NCBI RefSeq assembly: GCF_009914755.1
Contig: NC_060936.1
Length of the DNA: 64,000 nucleotides
Strand: one strand, 5' to 3'
From: the human T2T-CHM13v2.0 reference genome, Homo sapiens
In this document: in pieces, positions 52,868 through 64,000 of the stretch
Layout: each line of letters starts with the position of its first letter
How positions within the stretch are numbered: position 1 is the first letter of the stretch
Program-made: the position numbers and the translations under genes
The notes under the pieces: generated by a model
Databases searched by the model: none
What the model saw: only the letters and a program-made list of their open reading frames with translations
Told to the model about the DNA's origin: nothing

Positions 52868-54065
52868 GCCTTATTTCAGTGCAGGGTAGGGTGTCAAATA
52901 TGAAATGTAATTCTACAGGGCAATTCTATTTTGGTAAAAGAAGTGGGGAGAAAAGCATCACCAGCCAGCTTTTTAAATTTTTACCACAACCTATTTTGTG
53001 ATCCCTACGTGTCATTTCTTCAGTATATTTTTTAAATGTTTTAAAATATACGAACATGGTGAGATTTTTTAAATGTGTCTTTTTAAAGTGTACAGTGAAA
53101 AGTCTCCCTCATGCCCTCAATTTCCCAGCCACTGTTCCTTCTGGACTCTTCTACAAATAGTCCCTGTTTCTACAAATGTATTGGAGGTAGGGAGGCTATT
53201 TTGATTTCTACCCTTAAAAGCTTCAAAAAAAAGAGAAAAAGAGGCTACCAACTGAAAAATATTTTGCCATTAGGAAAAGGCTGCATTCTTGTTTTAAGTT
53301 ATGAACATTACATTATTTAAACGGCAGACTTAAAATATGCATCAAAGCAAAATGAACCTGCTATATATTTTCTATGGTAACCCATGTTTCTGTGTATTTA
53401 TGAAAATCCAAGATCTGTGCATTGTTCAAAACAGACTTTGACATCTCCAATTTTTAACATTTTAAAGAGAATGAATTCATGTGTTACTGGGAAATTAAAA
53501 CGAATAATAAAAGTGTCATTTTCCAGGATTGGCAGGATACCCCAGTGATTTCCAATACACATTTCTGCAAAGTTTTTGTTTTTTGTTTTTCCCCTACATT
53601 TCGGGAAGGAGTTTTGAAGGGATTAAAAAGCTGAGATTCTTTCTGAGGTGACCAGGCCTGGCTTTCAACCACGCCCTGGTTGCTTTTGGCTGTTACTCTG
53701 CTGCAAGCCTTGTGATTCATGTTGTTTAAAGGCTGAGTCACCAGCTTTGTGACATAGCTTTTTTCAGAGTCCAAAAGGTACAGAGAAAAAACAGCCCTAA
53801 CTGCAGAGGCAGGGGCGGGAGAGGAGGACAGGAGGAGGAAAAAGGAAGAAGAGGGGATGAGGGTAGGGTGGGTAATGGGCCAAAGGTTAGCTGCAAAGAG
53901 AAACCAATGTTGTCTCTAGCAGAAAAAAATTATTGAAAACATCCCAGCATTCCCTGACTTAAATGGTTATTGAAGCAAACAGAAATAAACCTTTCTCCAA
54001 AGTCACTGAGGTGACAGGGAAGAAAATGGCCTCCCAAAACGCAGGTGTCTGATGTTTCTCTACAA

Positions 54066-54291
54066 CAATGGTTCTCAACAAGGAGTGATTTGCTCTTTCA
54101 GGGGACATTTGGCAATATCTGGAGATATTCTTGGTTGTCACAACTCAGGGGAGGTTAGGGGATGCTACTACTAATACTAGCACTGTTGGTAGACACCAGG
54201 GATGCCACTGAACATTCTATGAGGGACAGTCCCCCACAACAAAGAATTATCAGACCCAACATATTAATAGTGCTGAAATTAAGAAACCCTG
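54066..54291. mobile_element. MER20-like hAT MITE
   Basis: caatggttctcaac...ggggacatttggcaatatctggaga...gttgtcacaact...aagaaaccctg. Confidence 0.8.
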
Positions 54292-56547
54292 TCCTACAAA
54301 GGATTTTTGTTGTTGCAACAACTGCTTTTCTGTTTTCCGAAAGGGTTCCCAAAGTCTAAATGTCCCACTTGGACTCAGGAGTCAGGTATCAAGTCACGCT
54401 CTTAAAACCTAAACCCTGCTGACCTAGAATGCGATGTGCTAGAATGTGCAAGAATCGGGATGAGTCACTGGATCCGTTTTCAGTTCGTTCCACCCACAGA
54501 TCCGTCCTTTGCAGGCGCCCCAGAAAAGATTGCTTCAGAGCTGGCACCAATGGAGAAGGGACAGAGGCCCAGCAACAGGGCGGGATTGGCAGGCGGAAGG
54601 GAGCGTGTGATGAGCTGAGCTCACAAAGGGCCGGGGTGCTGGGCTGCAGCTGGGGAGGGCGGGGTTGGATCAGCGCCTGCTCCTCCGCCTTCGTTTTTCC
54701 CCTCCCCCTAAGGATTCAGTTCCCCCTTCTGAAATTCACCACCTTGTATGTGACTTAATCCAGCCCCATGAAACTGTCTGAGAGCATGAGTGAGGGTCAA
54801 CAAACTTGCTTCCCCCAAGAAAAAGGGTGGAATCAGAGAGGTGGTGGGAAGGGTTTGCCTTGCTTTGTCATCGCTTATATAACCATAAAAGGTTGTCAAG
54901 GACGCCTGCAGGTTAGAGGCCTGGCAAACAGGAAGTAAAAAAAAAAAACCTGGGGAATGTGTTCTTCTTCCTGTTTCTGCTTGTGCTGTATAACTGTGTG
55001 GTGGAACACAAACCGCTCCAGCTTAAAAATAACCCATTCATCTCAGCGGTCAAAACCGGACTTAGCTAGTCTCCAAATTTGCCTACTTTAGGAACATTAG
55101 GAAGTTATTTAACCTATTTGGGCTTTGTTTGTGTCGTCGTTTGGTTTTGTCTTAAAATTGTGGTAAAATACACATAAAATTTACCATTCTTAAGTGTACA
55201 TTTCTGTAGCATGAAGTACATTCAGTATTGTGCATCAGCCATCACCACCAAGCCATTTCTGGAGCTCTTTTCGTCTTGCAAAACAAACTCTGTCCCCATG
55301 AAAAACTGATTCCCCATTTCTCCCTCCCACCAGCCCCTGGCATCCACCATTCTACTTTCTGTCTCTATGAATTTGACAACTCATGTGACCTCATATAATA
55401 AGCTTTGTTTAAGGGTAAAATAAAATTTAATAGTTGAAAAAGCACTTTTTTCAAAGAGTATTTCTAGGAAGCTCCAATTCCTGACACCAACCTTTAACAA
55501 TAACAACTCCCTGCGGTATTTTTTTTCCTTGTCATGCACTAGTAGAAATATTTGGCTTTGTTTCTTTGTTTTTTGAAACAGTATCTCGCTCTGTCATGCA
55601 GTGGTATGATCACGGCTCACTCTGCAGCCTGGATGTTCCGGATCAGGTGATCCTCCCACCTCAGCCTTCTGTGTAGGTAGGACTACAGGTATGCGCCACC
55701 ACACCTAATTTTTGCATTTTTTGTAGAGAGGAGGGTTTCGCACTTTGGGAGGCTGAGGCCGGTGGATCACCTGAGGTCAGGTGTTCGAGACCAACCTGTC
55801 CAACATGCTGAAACTCCATCTCTACTAAAAATACAAAAATTATCAGGTGTGGTAGCTCACGCCTGTAATCCCAGCTACTCCAGAGGCTGAGGCAGGAGAA
55901 TCACTTGAGCCCTGAAGTCAGAGGTTGCAGTGAGTCGAGATCGTGCCACTGCACTCCAGCCTGGGTGACAGTGAGACTCTGTCTCCAAAAAATAAAATAA
56001 GAGATGGGGGTTTCACCATGTTGCCCAGGCTGGTCTTGAACTCCTGGGCTCAAGTGATCCTTCTGCCCTGGCCTCCCACAGGGCTGGGAATACAGACATG
56101 AGCTAATGTGCCTGGCTGAAATATTTAATTATAAGGTACAAAGTAATGTCATATAAGTGTGGGGTCATAGTAAGAAATAAAAAATAAAAATAAAAAATAT
56201 TGAAAAAAATAGCCAGGCATGGTGGCCTACACGTGTAATCCCAGCATTTTTGGGAGGCCAACGTGAGAGGGTCACTTCAGCCCAGGAGTTAAACACCAGC
56301 TGAGCTACATGGTGAAACCCTGTCTCTACCAAAACAAACAAACAAAAATTAGCCAGGCGGTGGTGCATGCCTGTAGTTCCAGCTGCTCAGGAGGATGAGG
56401 TGGGAGGATCACTTGAGCCCAGGAGTTTGAGGCTGCAGTGAGCTGTGATTGCACCACAGCACTCCAGCCTGGGCAACAGAAACAGACCCTGTCTCAAGCA
56501 AAATAAATAAATAAATAAACAAAAGAAGAAACAAAGTAAAACAGAAG

Positions 56548-57337
56548 TGAAACTGCCTTTGCAAAAGTCATAACAGAAAATTATTACAGTGAAAGAGATC
56601 TGACCTCACTGACTCCATCTCGCGTCTAACCTCCAAACTGTCTTTGTTCATTCCTAGGTGTAGGCTGAACTGACTTTGGAGGAGCTTAGTTTATAGTTTA
56701 ATTCTGAAACAAAGGTGATAGCCTTTTCCTAAAACAAGCCCCCTTCCTGCCTGCGCACTAGACTGCTTTGCAGGACTAACAAATTGGCCACAAGATTACA
56801 AATTATGGTTTAGGAGTCACGCAGCTGGAGACTGCAAGATTCTGTCCATGCTGAAATTGCTCCTGAGGATAACATCACTATTGTAAAACCTAAGACCAGT
56901 GCTTGAGATATTTTGCATACTCTGCACTCAGTGGGCCGACTGACACCACCCAGATTGATAAACTGGCTCATCTGGTCTTGTGGCCCCCACCTAGGAACTG
57001 ACTCAGGGCAAAGGGACAGCTTCGACTCCCTGTGATTTCATCTCCGACCCAACCAATCAGTACTCCCGATTTCCCGACCTCCCTACACACCAAATTATCC
57101 TTCAAAACTCCAATCCCTGAGTTTTCAGGGAGACTGATTTGAGTAATAGTAAAACTCCCGTCTCCCACACTGCCAGCTGTGTGTGAATTAAACGTTCTCT
57201 ATTATGGCAGGGCGAGGTGGCTTGCGCCTGTAATCCCAGCACTTCGGGAGGCTGAGGTGGGCGGATCACAGTTTCCCTGTCCTAATAAATGGGCTCTGTC
57301 TAGGCAGCGGGCAAGGAGAAACTGTTGGGCAGTTACA
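56548..57337 (+). mobile_element. ERV1 solo LTR (LTR8-like) with an internal Alu fragment (~57206-57269)
   Basis: TG...CA termini (tgaaactgcctttgcaaaa...ggcagttaca) flanked by a 4-bp TSD GAAG (56544-56547 and 57338-57341). Confidence 0.85.
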
Positions 57338-57980
57338 GAAGCATGTAAGTTTTGTGTTAGGCCTGATGACTTCAGAAATTATCTTCAATGATTTTCCCCT
57401 AAAACCTTGTTGACATTTAGGGAGAAATAACCTTTCCTGAAGCTCATTAGAAACAAGCTGTCACCAATGCGTCACCACCTAACTGGTGAGTCAGTTCGCA
57501 AGTTTCATTTTCCTCATCTCAAAAATGAAAGCTCTAGATCTAGGATTAGACGCTTTTACCATTTAAAACATGAAGTCAAGTCAAATGAAAGAAAGGGGCT
57601 GACAGGTGAGGAATTCATTATAATTGCAAAGAACTGTACCACAGAATGCAGCCGAATCCCTTCTTTCATTCTTATTATTATTTAGAGAGCTGGGAACTGG
57701 TTAAACTTTAAAAAATATAATTTATTTTTATGTATTTATTTTTGCCTAAAGATCATTCATGCAAGTAAATCAATCTCCCCTCCCCTCCCCTTCCCCTTTC
57801 CCTCCCCTTCCCCTTCCTTTCCTTTCCTTTCCTTTCCGAGCCAAGGTCTCCCTTTGTTGCCCAGGCTGCTTTCAAACTCCTGGCCTCAAGCAATTCTCCT
57901 GCCTCATGCCTCCCAAAGTGCTGGGATTACAGGCCTGAGCCACCATCTTTTGCTTTCAGTGATAAAACACAGAAACACAG

Positions 57981-58406
57981 TGGAGGTGAAAGCAACTCCA
58001 TCTTGGTTGCTAATCCACCAAGATAACTTCCGATTAATGCCTCTTCCAGGAAGGTCTCTAAGATTTCTACTTTACTGTTACCATAAATTCTGCCCTTAGA
58101 TCAGAACAACCTAGATCATAAATCCTTCCCTTATGCGGATTCACATAACATTCTTGCCTTGCTTGAGGGGTCAACTTCAATTGTCCTACATATATTCCTT
58201 CCCTATGGTATGGAAGCCCTGGGCCGGGGGTTATGGCGCAGCAAACCTTATATCCTCTGATGACCACCCTGAGACTATGGCTTCTGTTGGTAAGTCCCTA
58301 ATAAATGTTTTTTCCTGAGAAACTGGGTTTGTCAACCCCTTTCTTTGGCCTCTCAGCTCCCTTGGCCTTTGGGGTAGGTTTGCATAGGCCTGCTCACCCC
58401 GGAACA
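57981..58406 (+). mobile_element. Second LTR-like element (probably ERV1 class, subfamily uncertain)
   Basis: aactccatcttgg near the 5' end, AATAAA at ~58300, ends ...ggaaca. Confidence 0.6.
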
Positions 58407-58962
58407 CAGTGTATGAATATAAATGTAAATTGCACTTGCATTACAGCCGTGGAGACGTGTTGCTGAGGAAGCAGAGAGCAAAGCCCCGCTGGGATGTGAG
58501 TTTGCTTCTGGGTTCCTCCCATGCAAATGAGGTGGTTCGTGGCAGTGCAGAGGAGGAGTGAGATGGCAAACAGGGGGGCCCAGACCTTCCAGCAACTTAC
58601 ACACTTGCCCTCTGATGGCCAAGAATGCGTCAACAGCCCTCGAGGCCAGTGCAGTACAATCATGGTGGCACGAGATGTGGTGTACACTCCCCAAATGATC
58701 ATCCTGCTCACTTTTGCTGTGGTTTCAGTCATCAAGTCAGGTTTTGCCTTAACACTTTTCTGCTGATTACTCCCATCAGCCTCTTCTAACTCATGTGCAT
58801 TTGAAACATTAGAGATTTCAGAATGGGAAGATCACACCTGGTGTGAGAATCTGAGCTCCAAGTAGTGCCTGGAATCACAATGCTTATGATAATCACATCC
58901 ATGGCACTTTAATGATAAAGAACCACGGACCAAAACGAATACAGAAAGCAACAAAACTACAA

Positions 58963-59034
58963 TGGAGATGCCGGGGATCGAACCCGGGGCCTCATACATG
59001 CAAAGCATGCGCTCTACCACTGAGCTACATCCCC
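58963..59034 (-). tRNA. TRA-TGC3-2: tRNA-Ala (anticodon TGC)
   Basis: GGGGATGTAGCTCAGTGGTAGAGCGCATGCTTTGCATGTATGAGGCCCCGGGTTCGATCCCCGGCATCTCCA: 72 nt, intact A/B boxes, G3:U70 alanine determinant, TTTT terminator at 58953-58956. The copy-number part of the symbol is from memory. Confidence 0.96.
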
Positions 59035-59119
59035 CTCCCTTTCCTGTACTTGCTTTTGGAAGTCCTTGCTATACTCTATTCTTAAAGGCGTTTTTCCTGT
59101 TTCCACGTGTTTCATTTTT

Positions 59120-64000
<4,881 letters not shown>

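Overview
Primate (human-type) genomic DNA; gene content and order match the SCARB1-UBC interval of human 12q24.31. Minus-strand genes: SCARB1 coding exon 1 (732-857) in a CpG-island promoter, the complete UBC polyubiquitin gene (non-coding exon 1, 812-nt intron, 9 ubiquitin units plus Val) and tRNA-Ala(TGC) (58963-59034). The + strand carries the MIR5188 hairpin and a 3'-truncated U6 retrocopy. The rest is extremely Alu-dense intergenic DNA with L1/L2/MIR, MaLR and ERV1 LTR and DNA-transposon relics; almost all ORFs in the supplied track are repeat-derived noise. I found no convincing new gene system. The most unusual signal is a set of local templated copy events: a 144-bp inverted copy inside a MER33-like element, a 189-bp copy inside an Alu, a ~140-bp direct copy and a fold-back micro-duplication. 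Also notable are the duplication history recorded in UBC synonymous sites, a full-length antisense frame over UBC, and TSS-dependent upstream ATGs of SCARB1. Repeat family names were assigned by eye and need RepeatMasker/Dfam confirmation.
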